Shown: positions 20,360 to 30,311 of the stretch, in pieces
How positions within the stretch are numbered: the stretch's first letter is position 1
Layout: each line of letters opens with the position of its first letter
Program-made: the position numbers and the translations under genes
Notes under the pieces: generated by a model
The model's database searches: none
Seen by the model: the letters and a program-made list of their open reading frames with translations, nothing else
Told to the model about the DNA's origin: nothing
NCBI GenBank assembly: GCA_963824045.1
Contig: CAWGNW010000012.1
Span: forward strand, 1,415-65,414
Length of the DNA stretch: 64,000 bases
Reading direction: 5' to 3'
Source of the DNA: an uncultured Gammaproteobacteria bacterium
GTDB lineage: Bacteria; Pseudomonadota; Gammaproteobacteria; UBA9214

Positions 20360-21877
20360 ATGCCTCCTCCGCAGGATTCCGGGTTGGCCGCAGGGCTGCC
20401 GCTCACGAGGCAGCGACGTCCGACATTCCTGTTTGCCAAGCGGCATGGTGTGCTGGTCACAGGCGAGGAGGAGGGCAAGGTCGTGGTGCTGCATACCCCC
20501 GGTATTGAACCCGCTGCCGTGGTCGAATTGCGGCGTTTCATGGGCAAGCCGCTGAAGCTGCAGGAGGTCGAAAAGGACCAGTTCGACAGCCTGCTGGCAA
20601 TGAACTATGAGCAGGATTCCAATGAAGCCATGATCATGATGGGTGAACTGGGCGAAGACATGGACCTGATGCAAATCGCCCAGCATCTGCCCGAGCCCGA
20701 AGACCTGCTGGAGAGCGAGGACGATGCGCCCATCATCCGGCTAATCAATGCGCTCCTCACCGAGGCGGTGAAGGAAAATGCCTCTGATATCCATATCGAA
20801 CCGTTCGAGAACCGATTGGTGGTGCGTTTCCGCTCCGATGGCGTGTTGCGCGAGGTGCTGGAGCCGCAGCGTGTCCTTGCACCCCTGCTGGTGTCCCGCA
20901 TCAAAGTGATGGCGCGGCTGGATATTGCAGAGAAGCGTCTGCCGCAGGATGGTCGCATTTCCCTGCGTGTTGCCGGACGTGCGGTTGACGTGCGTGTTTC
21001 CACCCTGCCTTCGGGTAACGGTGAGCGCGTGGTGCTGCGTCTGCTTGACAAGCAGGCCGGCCGGCTGGATCTCGAGCACCTGGGAATGGCGGCACATTCC
21101 CGCAAGGTGGTGGACGTCCTGATCAACAAACCGCATGGCATCATCCTGGTAACAGGGCCGACCGGCTCCGGCAAGACCACCACGCTGTATGCCGCGCTGG
21201 GGCGCCTCAACAACAAGCGCAGGAATATCATGACGGTCGAAGACCCTATCGAGTATTATCTCGACGGAATTGGCCAGACCCAGGTCAATACCAAGGTGGA
21301 TCTCAGTTTCGCGCGCGGTTTGCGGGCGATCCTGCGACAAGACCCTGACGTTGTGATGGTCGGTGAGATACGCGACCTGGAAACCGCCGAAATTGCTGTA
21401 CAGGCGAGCCTGACGGGGCATCTGGTATTTTCAACCTTGCACACGAACAGTGCCGTCGGTGCCGTGACCCGTCTGCGGGACATGGGTGTCGAACCGTTTC
21501 TGCTGTCATCGAGTCTCATCGGTGTGCTGGCGCAGCGACTGGTGCGCATGCTGTGCACCGAGTGCAGGGAACCCTACAAGGCCAGCCCCGTGGACTGCGC
21601 GGCGCTGGGTATTGAAGTGGATGAAACGCGGACACTGTACCGGGCAAATGGCTGTGCCAGCTGTAACCAGCTCGGCTATCGCGGCCGCACGGGGATCTAC
21701 GAACTGATCGAGATCAATGATGCCATGCGTGCCATGATTCATGATGGTGACGGCGAGATCGAACTCGAGCGAGAGGCCCGCAAGCTATCTCCCAGCATCC
21801 GCCAGGACGGCTGGCGCAAGGTGCTGGAGGGCATAACGACTGTCGAGGAAGTGCTGCGCGTGACACAGGGCGACTGA
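20360..21877 (+). CDS. gspE: Type II secretion ATPase E
   Basis: [31 protein letters not shown], tetracysteine motif. Confidence 0.96.
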   Translation: MPPPQDSGLAAGLPLTRQRRPTFLFAKRHGVLVTGEEEGKVVVLHTPGIEPAAVVELRRFMGKPLKLQEVEKDQFDSLLAMNYEQDSNEAMIMMGELGEDMDLMQIAQHLPEPEDLLESEDDAPIIRLINALLTEAVKENASDIHIEPFENRLVVRFRSDGVLREVLEPQRVLAPLLVSRIKVMARLDIAEKRLPQDGRISLRVAGRAVDVRVSTLPSGNGERVVLRLLDKQAGRLDLEHLGMAAHSRKVVDVLINKPHGIILVTGPTGSGKTTTLYAALGRLNNKRRNIMTVEDPIEYYLDGIGQTQVNTKVDLSFARGLRAILRQDPDVVMVGEIRDLETAEIAVQASLTGHLVFSTLHTNSAVGAVTRLRDMGVEPFLLSSSLIGVLAQRLVRMLCTECREPYKASPVDCAALGIEVDETRTLYRANGCASCNQLGYRGRTGIYELIEINDAMRAMIHDGDGEIELEREARKLSPSIRQDGWRKVLEGITTVEEVLRVTQGD

Positions 21878-21952
21878 GGTGTTCTACCCGGCAGGGCTCG
21901 CAGTACAACGGATTGTATCCTCTGATATGGAAATGGCCGGATCCTCCTGATC

Positions 21953-23170
21953 ATGGGTGCCTTCGAATACACCGCGCTGGATAAAACCGGGCGTGAAAAG
22001 AAAGGTGTCATCGAGGGAGATGCACCGCGCCAGGTTCGCCAGCAATTGCGTGATCAGGGATGGGTCCCGCTTGAAGTGCAGGAAGTCGCGCAGCGTGAAA
22101 CGCGCGGCCGCAGGCGCTTTTCCATGCCAAGACGCGGTATCAGCGCAACCGATCTTGCACTCATTACCCGGCAGCTTGCGACGCTGGTGCGTGCCGCACT
22201 GCCGCTCGAGGAATGCCTGCGGGCGGTTGCCCAGCAGACCGACCGCTCGCGCCTGAAGAGCATGCTGCTGGCGGTACGCTCGCGAGTCATGGAAGGCCAT
22301 ACACTTGCGGCCGGGCTTTCAGATTTCAGGCATATATTCCCGGAACTGTACCGCACAACGGTGGAGGCGGGTGAACAGTCGGGGCATCTTGAACGGGTTC
22401 TGGAACGCCTTGCCGATTACACCGAAAACCGCCAGCAGATGCGGCAGAAGATTCAACTAGCCGTATTCTATCCGGCACTGCTTACGATCGTGGCGATTCT
22501 GGTGGTGGGCGGCCTGATGACTTACGTGGTGCCGCAGGTCGTGCAGGTGTTCGATAATATCGGCGAAGACCTGCCGTCACTCACCGTTGGACTGATCGCC
22601 GTCAGTGACTTTATGCGCGAATACGGTCTGCTGATGATTATGCTGCTGGTGCTTGCCGGCATCATTGTCTCCTACCTGCTGCGCAACATTGACAACCGTC
22701 GCAGGTTTCATCGTATGCTGCTTGCCATTCCACTTGCCGGCAGGCTTGAGCGTGGCCTCAATACCGGCCGCTTCGCACGTACCTTCAGCATCCTGACGGC
22801 CAGTGGTGTGTCAGTGCTGGAAGCCTTGCGGATTTCTTCCCAGGTGATGTCCAACATTCCCATGCGTGAATCGGTGGACGAGGCGACGGCCCGGGTTCGC
22901 GAAGGCGCGGGTATTGCGGCAGCACTGGAGAAGGGAGGCTACTTCCCCCCCATGACAGTGCACCTCATAGCCAGTGGCGAGGCCAGTGGCAAACTAGAGG
23001 AGATGCTGGAGCGCGCTGCCATAAACCAGGAGCGTGAAATCGAGACCCTGATCGCTGCGGTACTTGGGTTGTTCGAGCCGCTGCTGATACTGCTGATGGG
23101 CGGTGTGGTACTGATTATTGTGCTGGCAATCCTGTTGCCGATTTTTGATCTGAACCAGCTGGTCCAGTAG
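21953..23170 (+). CDS. gspF: Type II secretion inner membrane platform protein F
   Basis: TRQLATLV, GEQSGHL, GEASGKLEEML..FEP. Confidence 0.96.
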   Translation: MGAFEYTALDKTGREKKGVIEGDAPRQVRQQLRDQGWVPLEVQEVAQRETRGRRRFSMPRRGISATDLALITRQLATLVRAALPLEECLRAVAQQTDRSRLKSMLLAVRSRVMEGHTLAAGLSDFRHIFPELYRTTVEAGEQSGHLERVLERLADYTENRQQMRQKIQLAVFYPALLTIVAILVVGGLMTYVVPQVVQVFDNIGEDLPSLTVGLIAVSDFMREYGLLMIMLLVLAGIIVSYLLRNIDNRRRFHRMLLAIPLAGRLERGLNTGRFARTFSILTASGVSVLEALRISSQVMSNIPMRESVDEATARVREGAGIAAALEKGGYFPPMTVHLIASGEASGKLEEMLERAAINQEREIETLIAAVLGLFEPLLILLMGGVVLIIVLAILLPIFDLNQLVQ

Positions 23171-23187
23171 CAGGGGAACTGCAGAAA

Positions 23188-24009
23188 TCAGTACCCGTTG
23201 GAGGCCATGTCCACCTTGCCGGTGACTGCCGCAATGCGTTCAACGGCAGTCTCGATATGACCGTCTGGATGCAGGTCAAGCCTGCGATAGCCCGGGGTGG
23301 CAGGGTCCAGCGCGAAGTTCCTGCTCCTTGGCAGGAACTGGATACAGGTTGACGGAGTCGACATCAACCTGACGTCATTGCGCATACCGTCAAACTGCTG
23401 GTGTACGTGTCCCCAGAGTATGCCGCGTATCTGCGGGTGGCGGTCTGTTATGCCAAAGAATGCGTTCGGATTGTCCACAGCCATGGTGTCCAGCCAGTGG
23501 CTCCCCATGGCGACGGGTTGGTGATGCAGGCAGATGAGCGTGTGGGTGTCAGGTGCTTCCTGCAAATGTGACTCCAGTGCATTCAGCGTGGCCCGTGTGA
23601 GGTGGGCGCCTTCACTGTGCGGTACGGTTGAGTCGAGAAAAATGAAATGCCAGTTGCCGTGGAAGGCATGCTGGACGTACTTGATGTGACCTTCCCGGAG
23701 CGTGCTTTGCAACGTCCTGGCCTCGTCATGGTTTCCGGGCAGGCAGTAGACCGGCCGATCGAAACTCCCGAGGCGTGAAAAAATTCGCTGGTAGGCTGCA
23801 GGGGTGCCGTCGTGAACCAGGTCGCCTGTTGCAAGAATCAGATCGGGTGCAAGTCTGTGTGCCCTGATCTGGCTTATTACCGCCTGCAGGGACTGCTCTG
23901 TATTCAGTCCCAGCAGACAGCCCTGGCTGTCAGCAAACAGGTGGGTATCAGTGATTTGCAGGACCTTGACTACCTGCCCGGCTCCGGGATGCTCGGTGAT
24001 TATCTTCAT
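23188..24009 (-). CDS. cpdA: 3',5'-cyclic AMP phosphodiesterase (class III)
   Basis: ITDTHL, TGDLVHD, PGNHD, LHH, WGHVHQ, PSTCIQF. Confidence 0.92.
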   Translation of the reverse strand: MKIITEHPGAGQVVKVLQITDTHLFADSQGCLLGLNTEQSLQAVISQIRAHRLAPDLILATGDLVHDGTPAAYQRIFSRLGSFDRPVYCLPGNHDEARTLQSTLREGHIKYVQHAFHGNWHFIFLDSTVPHSEGAHLTRATLNALESHLQEAPDTHTLICLHHQPVAMGSHWLDTMAVDNPNAFFGITDRHPQIRGILWGHVHQQFDGMRNDVRLMSTPSTCIQFLPRSRNFALDPATPGYRRLDLHPDGHIETAVERIAAVTGKVDMASNGY

Positions 24010-24347
24010 ATCTGTAGTCAAGTTGTGGATTTGCTTCCTGTACCCTCAATCAGGCATGTCTTGCACTCTTCTTTGTCGCATGCATAAAACAGGTATCTTC
24101 CCATTGAGAATAATCAAAATACCGCGCCAGTAAATTGAATATTCACAGAATCGCAAAAAACTTGCCTGCGCGCATTGCAGTGGCGTTTTGCTGATTCCCT
24201 TGAGTCATAACTATCGGACGTCCCCGGCGATACTGAAGCTCTGCAAATCTGCGCAGGTGAGTTCCTTTTCCAGGGGGGGCAAACCGCCCGTACCGCCGGA
24301 ATTGCCGCCGGGCTGCTATCCGGGAATGAGCAAACTGACACAGACTC

Positions 24348-25673
24348 TCAACCGAGGGTTTTGTAGAAAACCTTGGAATTGCGCTTGTAGTTGTAGAGCG
24401 CCTTTTTCCCTGCAGGTAGATGTGCCATGTCGCCAGCAAGGAAGCCGCGTTCACGAAACCAGTGCGCGGTGCGGGTCGTGAGCACAACCAGCTGTTCTAT
24501 CCCGTCCTGGCGCGCCCTGGTTTCGATGGCCTGCAGGAGTGCTTCCCCGCGTCCGGCCCCGTGATATTCCGGGTGTACAGCCAGGCAGGCCAGTTCGGCC
24601 AGCTTCTCGTCCTTGCTCGGATAGAGTGCGGCGCAGCCGATGATGGTCCCGTCGCGTTCAATGACCAGGAAGTGGCTGATCTCGATCTCCAGCAGTTCGC
24701 GGGAACGTTTTACCAGAATGCCATCGTCCTCGAGGGGCTTGATCAGCTCCAGGATGCCGCCGACATCATCAATGCTTGCAGGCCTCAGGCCTTCATAGGT
24801 CTCAGCAGTAATCAGCGTGCCGTGGCCATCACGCGTGAACAGTTCCAGCAGTAGTACACCGTCTGTTTCCCGGTCGAGCAGGTGCACTCGCCGAACGCCG
24901 CTGCTGCATGCCTGAATCGCATGCTGCAGGTACTTTCTGGTTGAATTGCCGAGGCGCCGCCGCGAAGCCAGCAGCGCCTTCGCATCCTGTAATTTCAGCT
25001 GGTAAATCCTGCGCCTGCGGGTATCCCTGATGCCATGGCCCTCCGTCATGAAGACCAGCTTGTCTGCGTGTAACTCGCATGCTGCCACGGTAGCAACTTC
25101 CTCGGCGCTTAGGTTGAAAACCTCGCCGGTCGGCGAATAGCCCAGGGGCGACAGCAACACGATACGACGCTCGGCAAGATGCTGTCGAATCGCGGAGGTG
25201 TCAATGCGACGAACCTCGCCGGTGTGGCAGTAGTCTATGCCGTCACGCACGCCCAGCGGGCGGGCTGTAACAAAGTTGCCTGATGTGACGCCTATACGTG
25301 CTCCTGACATGGGTGTGTTGGCAAGGCCCATGGACAGGAGTGCCTCGATTTCCACACGAACCGTGCCGGCCGCTTCCTTTACGCACACCAGCGCCGCATC
25401 GTTGGTGACGCGCAGGCCACCGGCGTATTCCAGTTTCGCGCCGGCTGCCATGAGTTTGGTCTCGATCTGCGGGCGCGCGCCGTGCACAAGCACCAGGCGG
25501 AGTCCGAGGCTGTGGAGCAGGGCAATGTCATGCACCAGATCGGCAAATCTGCCGGAGGCGACGGCTTCGCCGCCGAAAACCAGTACCACAGTACGGTCAC
25601 GGTGTGCGTGGATATAGGGGGCAGAGTGCCTGAAACTCTCGATAAACCGTTTGTCGTTGTTCTTGCTGTTCAT
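24348..25673 (-). CDS. argA: N-acetylglutamate synthase
   Basis: FRHSAPYIHAHR, kinase-like domain plus GNAT (LLELFTRDG, AELACLAV). Confidence 0.96.
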   Translation of the reverse strand: MNSKNNDKRFIESFRHSAPYIHAHRDRTVVLVFGGEAVASGRFADLVHDIALLHSLGLRLVLVHGARPQIETKLMAAGAKLEYAGGLRVTNDAALVCVKEAAGTVRVEIEALLSMGLANTPMSGARIGVTSGNFVTARPLGVRDGIDYCHTGEVRRIDTSAIRQHLAERRIVLLSPLGYSPTGEVFNLSAEEVATVAACELHADKLVFMTEGHGIRDTRRRRIYQLKLQDAKALLASRRRLGNSTRKYLQHAIQACSSGVRRVHLLDRETDGVLLLELFTRDGHGTLITAETYEGLRPASIDDVGGILELIKPLEDDGILVKRSRELLEIEISHFLVIERDGTIIGCAALYPSKDEKLAELACLAVHPEYHGAGRGEALLQAIETRARQDGIEQLVVLTTRTAHWFRERGFLAGDMAHLPAGKKALYNYKRNSKVFYKTLG

Positions 25674-25708
25674 AATCAGGTCTTCCCGGCACAGTGTTAT
25701 AGCAAGCG

Positions 25709-26863
25709 TCAGCCCCTGATACAAACCGTATTGATCAGCGATTTCAGCAGATCGACGGTCGGAGCAAGACGATCCAGCCTGATAAATTCATCGGGCTGGT
25801 GGGCCTGGGCGATGTCGCCCGGACCCAGTATTACGGTTTCCATGCCCAGCCGGCCAAGGTAGGGCGCTTCGGTTCCGAACGCCACGGCTTCCGCTGCGTG
25901 CCCCGTGAGCTTCTCGGCCAGCTGTACGATTTTGGCGTTTGCGGGTGTCTCCATGGCGGGAATGCCCTCGAACAGCGGCTCAAAATTCACCTCGATGCCC
26001 GTATCCTGCAGCACCCCGAGCACCCGGTTCCGCAACTCGTCGCGTAGTTCCTGCAGGTCCATGCCCGGCAGTGGTCTCAGGTCAATATGCAGGTCGCAGC
26101 TGGCGCAGATCCGGTTGGGGCTGTCGCCACCGTGAATGTGTCCCAGGTTCAGGGTCGGTACGGGCACCGCGAAAAGCGGGTTGGTGTGACTGGCCTGGAG
26201 TTCCTTGCGCCAGCTAATCAATGCGCCGAGTACGGTATACATGGCCTCCAGGGCACTGTTTCCCAGCGCGGGGTCGCTCGAATGTCCTGACTGACCGGTA
26301 AGGCGAATCGCCTCCATGAGGATACCCTTGTGCATGCGCACCGGACGCAGTCCTGTCGGCTCACCGATGAGTGCGTGGCGTGCTCGTGGCCGATTGTGCT
26401 CAACCAGTGCCCTGGCGCCCGACATGGAGGTTTCCTCATCGGCCGTAGCCAGCAGGATCAGGGGAGCCTGCAGGTCGCCCGCCCGCTGTCCCCGGGCGGC
26501 TTCCAATGCCAGCGCCAGAAAGGACTTCATGTCGGAAGTTCCCAGGCCATAGAGTTTCTGGTCGGCGCTGGTGAGGCGAAAGGGATCGTGACGCCATTTC
26601 CCTTCGTCGTACGGGACGGTATCGGTATGTCCTGCGAGCACCAGGCCGCCGTCCCCACGACCGAGCGTGGCGATCAGGTTTGCCTTTGCCGGTTCCCCGG
26701 GAAGGCGCATGATCTCTATATCGAAGCCGGTACCATCCAGCCAGTTTGCCAGCAACTCGATAACCGCAAGATTGCCCTGGTCCAGTGCCGGGTTCGCGCT
26801 GCTGACAGACGGTGTGGCGATGAGACCGGAGATCATATCCAGCAGTTCGGGAATCCTGCTCAT
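25709..26863 (-). CDS. argE: Acetylornithine deacetylase
   Basis: GHTDTVP, GTSDMK, ADEET, GEPT, AHQPDE; upstream of argA. Confidence 0.95.
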   Translation of the reverse strand: MSRIPELLDMISGLIATPSVSSANPALDQGNLAVIELLANWLDGTGFDIEIMRLPGEPAKANLIATLGRGDGGLVLAGHTDTVPYDEGKWRHDPFRLTSADQKLYGLGTSDMKSFLALALEAARGQRAGDLQAPLILLATADEETSMSGARALVEHNRPRARHALIGEPTGLRPVRMHKGILMEAIRLTGQSGHSSDPALGNSALEAMYTVLGALISWRKELQASHTNPLFAVPVPTLNLGHIHGGDSPNRICASCDLHIDLRPLPGMDLQELRDELRNRVLGVLQDTGIEVNFEPLFEGIPAMETPANAKIVQLAEKLTGHAAEAVAFGTEAPYLGRLGMETVILGPGDIAQAHQPDEFIRLDRLAPTVDLLKSLINTVCIRG

Positions 26864-26958
26864 CAGATTATTCCTGTTTTGCCGTGTGTGGACCCTAATC
26901 AGTGCGGCTACCGGAATATAGCGCAGTACGCAGCCGGTTTATATATGTGGCAGGTGCT

Positions 26959-28932
26959 TCAGGAAGACACCACGACAAGGCGTGGTGCCACGGCATGTAC
27001 GAAATTGTTCAATGGTGCCGGGGTTGCATAGGCGCAGCCCTGCGCATAGTTAACGCCCATCTTGCGGAGTTCGTCTGCGATATCCAGTGACTCAACATAC
27101 TCGGCAATGGTTTCCTTGCCCAGCAGCTGTCCGAGTTCATTGAAGGATCGTACCATTGCGTAGTCGACCGGGTCGGCAAGAATATCGCGGACGAATGTGC
27201 CGTCTATCTTGAGGTAATCAACCGGCAACTTCTTGAGGTAGGTGAAAGTCGACAAGCCACTGCCGAACTTGTCCAGCGAGAAGCGGAAACCACAGCTTCG
27301 CAGCGTGAGCATGAAGTTGGTTGTCGACGGTACGCTGGTAACCGCGTTGGTTTCCGAAATCTCGAAGATAATGTACTTTGGCGAAACGCCGGTATTCTTG
27401 ACCTGGTCGATGATGAATTTCAGCATATCGGGGCTGTGCAGTGTCTGCCCGGACAGATTGACGGTGATTGTCGGCGGCGGGTGTGCTGCAGTGGTGTGTT
27501 GTGCCTGCCAATCCATGATACGGGAGATAACCCAGCGATCAATGTGTGCCGCCAGGTTGTATTTTTCCGCGGCCGGCAGAAACGTACCAGGTCTTACCAG
27601 TGTCCCGTCCTCATCGATCATGCGCAGCAGGATCTCGATATGCCGCTCCCGGCTGTTGCCGCCCGCACAGGGCACGATAGGCTGATAGTACAGTGTGAAC
27701 CGGTCATCGGCCAGGGCCTGTTTTAACCGGGATACCCATTGCATCTCACCCTGGCGCTGCTGCATGCGACGATCCCCGAGATGTGCGATCTGCACCCGGT
27801 TGCGCCCGGACTCCTTGGCGATGTAGCAGGCCGCATCCGCGGCACTCATGACGCTGGCGATGCCGGATGTGTTTTCGTCTATCAGAACGACGCCGATACT
27901 CGCGCCAAGACTGAATGCCTCTTTCCCCTGTGCATACTGGAAGCTGCCTATAGTTTTCTGGATTCCTGCGGCGATTTCGACGGCCTTGCCGAGGGGGCAG
28001 TTCTCCAGCAGCAGACCGAATTCATCACCGCCAAGGCGGCCCAGGGTGTCGCGTTGTCTGATCGCGCCGAGCAGCAGCTGCGTGACCTGTCTGAGTAATT
28101 CATCGCCGGCTGCGTGACTGCAGCTGTCATTGACAAGCTTGAACTGATCCAGGTCCATATACAGCAGGGCGTGTGTCGCAGGCTTGCTTGCGGTTTGTTG
28201 GACCAGACGGTCGAGGCGTGTTTCGAACTCGCGTCTGTTGATGAGTCCGGTAAGCGGGTCGTATGAACAGTGGTATGCCAACTGGCGATTTTTTTCGCCA
28301 AGGTGCCGGGAAACTACACGGAATCCGGCCACTATCAGCAGCAGCATGAGCAGCGCAATGCCCGGGAGCACTTTCTGGATAAAGGATTGCTGCTGGCGAC
28401 TGGCACCGAGTATCCGCACGGCATGGTCATGCTGAATGTCCGCGAGCCTGCCCAGTAATGCAATCATGGGTTCCTGCTGTGCTGCGATGTCCCGCATGGC
28501 AGCCGCCACGAGGCTGGCTGATGCGCTGTCCATGATCAGCTTCGCGGTGCTGTCGTAGTATGGTTCGGAAAACCTGGCCTGCTGTTGCAGTTGCGAGTGG
28601 ACGACGGCTTCATCTCCCAGTGTCCCCAGGCTGGCCAGATGACTGGCGGCGTCGGAATAGCTGGAGGAAGCTTCGATAAAACGCTGGTAGCAGGTGTTGC
28701 GTTCAGCGGCAGTGCCGGCCTGCAGCATGCGGTGCAGGCCGGCTGTTTTCTGCCAGAGCGCGTTTTGCATGCTGGTGATCGCTGCTGACTTGCGATTGAT
28801 GGCTTCAATCAGGATTTCCATACCCCTGTGTTGTGCCCCGTTCTGTACCACCGGGATGCTTACCAGCATGACCAGCAGGGCGACTACGCCCAGCGATATC
28901 GCGGTTAACAGTATGTGGACCCTGTCCTTCAT
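26959..28932 (-). CDS. Membrane-anchored GGDEF-EAL protein
   Basis: Two TMs flanking a periplasmic region; RxxD + GGDEF; EIL and DKFG variants in the EAL domain. Confidence 0.93.
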   Translation of the reverse strand: MKDRVHILLTAISLGVVALLVMLVSIPVVQNGAQHRGMEILIEAINRKSAAITSMQNALWQKTAGLHRMLQAGTAAERNTCYQRFIEASSSYSDAASHLASLGTLGDEAVVHSQLQQQARFSEPYYDSTAKLIMDSASASLVAAAMRDIAAQQEPMIALLGRLADIQHDHAVRILGASRQQQSFIQKVLPGIALLMLLLIVAGFRVVSRHLGEKNRQLAYHCSYDPLTGLINRREFETRLDRLVQQTASKPATHALLYMDLDQFKLVNDSCSHAAGDELLRQVTQLLLGAIRQRDTLGRLGGDEFGLLLENCPLGKAVEIAAGIQKTIGSFQYAQGKEAFSLGASIGVVLIDENTSGIASVMSAADAACYIAKESGRNRVQIAHLGDRRMQQRQGEMQWVSRLKQALADDRFTLYYQPIVPCAGGNSRERHIEILLRMIDEDGTLVRPGTFLPAAEKYNLAAHIDRWVISRIMDWQAQHTTAAHPPPTITVNLSGQTLHSPDMLKFIIDQVKNTGVSPKYIIFEISETNAVTSVPSTTNFMLTLRSCGFRFSLDKFGSGLSTFTYLKKLPVDYLKIDGTFVRDILADPVDYAMVRSFNELGQLLGKETIAEYVESLDIADELRKMGVNYAQGCAYATPAPLNNFVHAVAPRLVVVSS

Positions 28933-29186
28933 TGAATCGCGCCGCTGATCCGGGGTTGTTTGTTATGCGCCGGGGCATCTTGCGGCCTGTGGATTATCTG
29001 GAGATTCATCAGATATCCCATCGGCAAGGAGGGTAAGGACTTGATGATGGTGCGCTATGGGACGCCCGCCGTTGTCACCACGGGCCGGATGTGCCGGCAG
29101 GCCCGCAAGCAGCGCGGCCATTGTGGATGTGTTGCAGTGTTCCGGCTGGCCCCGGAACCGGGACAGATGCCGCGCCTGGTGCCAGG

Positions 29187-29909
29187 CTACAGATTGCAGA
29201 CGTCAGTACTGGCGGGATTGTAGTCCGGGGTTCCGCAGCGCAGATTCGATGGCCATGCCTCGTGAAGATGCTGCGGTGGTGCCAGATCCAGCTGGCTCAT
29301 GGTGACAATGAATTCATCGCGCGTGATGCCCTTGCGGATACGCGGATTCTTCAGCTGCTCTTCCGCGATCGTCGAATGGGTCCGCCCGTTGTAGTCATGG
29401 CCGGGATAGACGCGGGTATTACCGGGCAGGGTGAACAGGTGCCGGGTAATGGAATCATACAGGGTGCCGGCATCACCGGACTGGAAGTCGGTACGACCGC
29501 AACCCCGTATCAGCAGCGTGTCACCGGTAAATACGGCTCCGTCTATCAGGTAGCAGACATCGCAGTCGGTATGCCCGGGCGTGTGCACGATGTGAATCTT
29601 CTTCGTACCCAGTGGTACGAAATCCCCATCCTTGACCAGGACATCTGCACATTTCGAACGGCTGTTCTCGTGGACCAGCACGATGGAATTCAGGATGTTC
29701 CTGATGGCGCCGGCGCCCGTGATGCGGTCTGCGTGGATATGGGTCTCGAGCGTGTACTTCAGTGTCAGACCCAGCTGGCGCACCAGCCGGATATCCCTGC
29801 CGACCTGTTGCCGGACCGGGTCAATCAGTGCTGCCTCAAGACTGTGCGCGTCCCACACGAGGTAGGTATAGGTTGAACTGTCCGGGTCGAAGAGTTGCCG
29901 AATCTCCAT
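29187..29909 (-). CDS. ETHE1-type persulfide dioxygenase (MBL fold)
   Basis: RQLFDPDSSTYTYL, THIHAD, TPGHT, FTGDTLLIRGCGRTDFQ, YPGHDY, NLRCG. Confidence 0.88.
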   Translation of the reverse strand: MEIRQLFDPDSSTYTYLVWDAHSLEAALIDPVRQQVGRDIRLVRQLGLTLKYTLETHIHADRITGAGAIRNILNSIVLVHENSRSKCADVLVKDGDFVPLGTKKIHIVHTPGHTDCDVCYLIDGAVFTGDTLLIRGCGRTDFQSGDAGTLYDSITRHLFTLPGNTRVYPGHDYNGRTHSTIAEEQLKNPRIRKGITRDEFIVTMSQLDLAPPQHLHEAWPSNLRCGTPDYNPASTDVCNL

Positions 29910-30025
29910 TGCACTATCCACCGCGTTGTGTTGCCGCCGCCGGGAAACGTTACGGGAGCCACCACCCTGAGGCAGGGTACTCCACCCTCTAACTCCTATA
30001 ATTTAATATTTAAGAATACGCTTAT

Positions 30026-30053
30026 ATGGTAGTACTGATCTGTTATTTGTCAA
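30026..30053 (-). promoter_or_regulatory. Putative sigma70 promoter for the persulfide dioxygenase
   Basis: TTGACA-N16-TACCAT on the minus strand in an AT-rich intergenic region. Confidence 0.45.
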
Positions 30054-30311
30054 GGATTACTTTACTTAAGACTGATTATTAACTAATTGAAAATTATGAA
30101 TTTAATGTTATTACCTGGTGCCGGTTTTCCGTCGCTACGATTAATGAATATAAAACAGGTGGTTAGTTGTCGCAGCTGTTCCGGTGTGAGCGGCTTTTCC
30201 GTCTGGAAGGATGTCGTCAAAGACGGTACAGGACTGCGGGGCCACTCTGTACAATAGCCAGCCCACTGTATATTCGCGGTTTCGTGCAGGCGACTGCCAC
30301 TGGAGAAAAAC

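Noticed and set aside
24022-24347. Possible ncRNA between argA and cpdA
   Set aside because: Some GC-rich hairpins, but no recognisable family motif or terminator.
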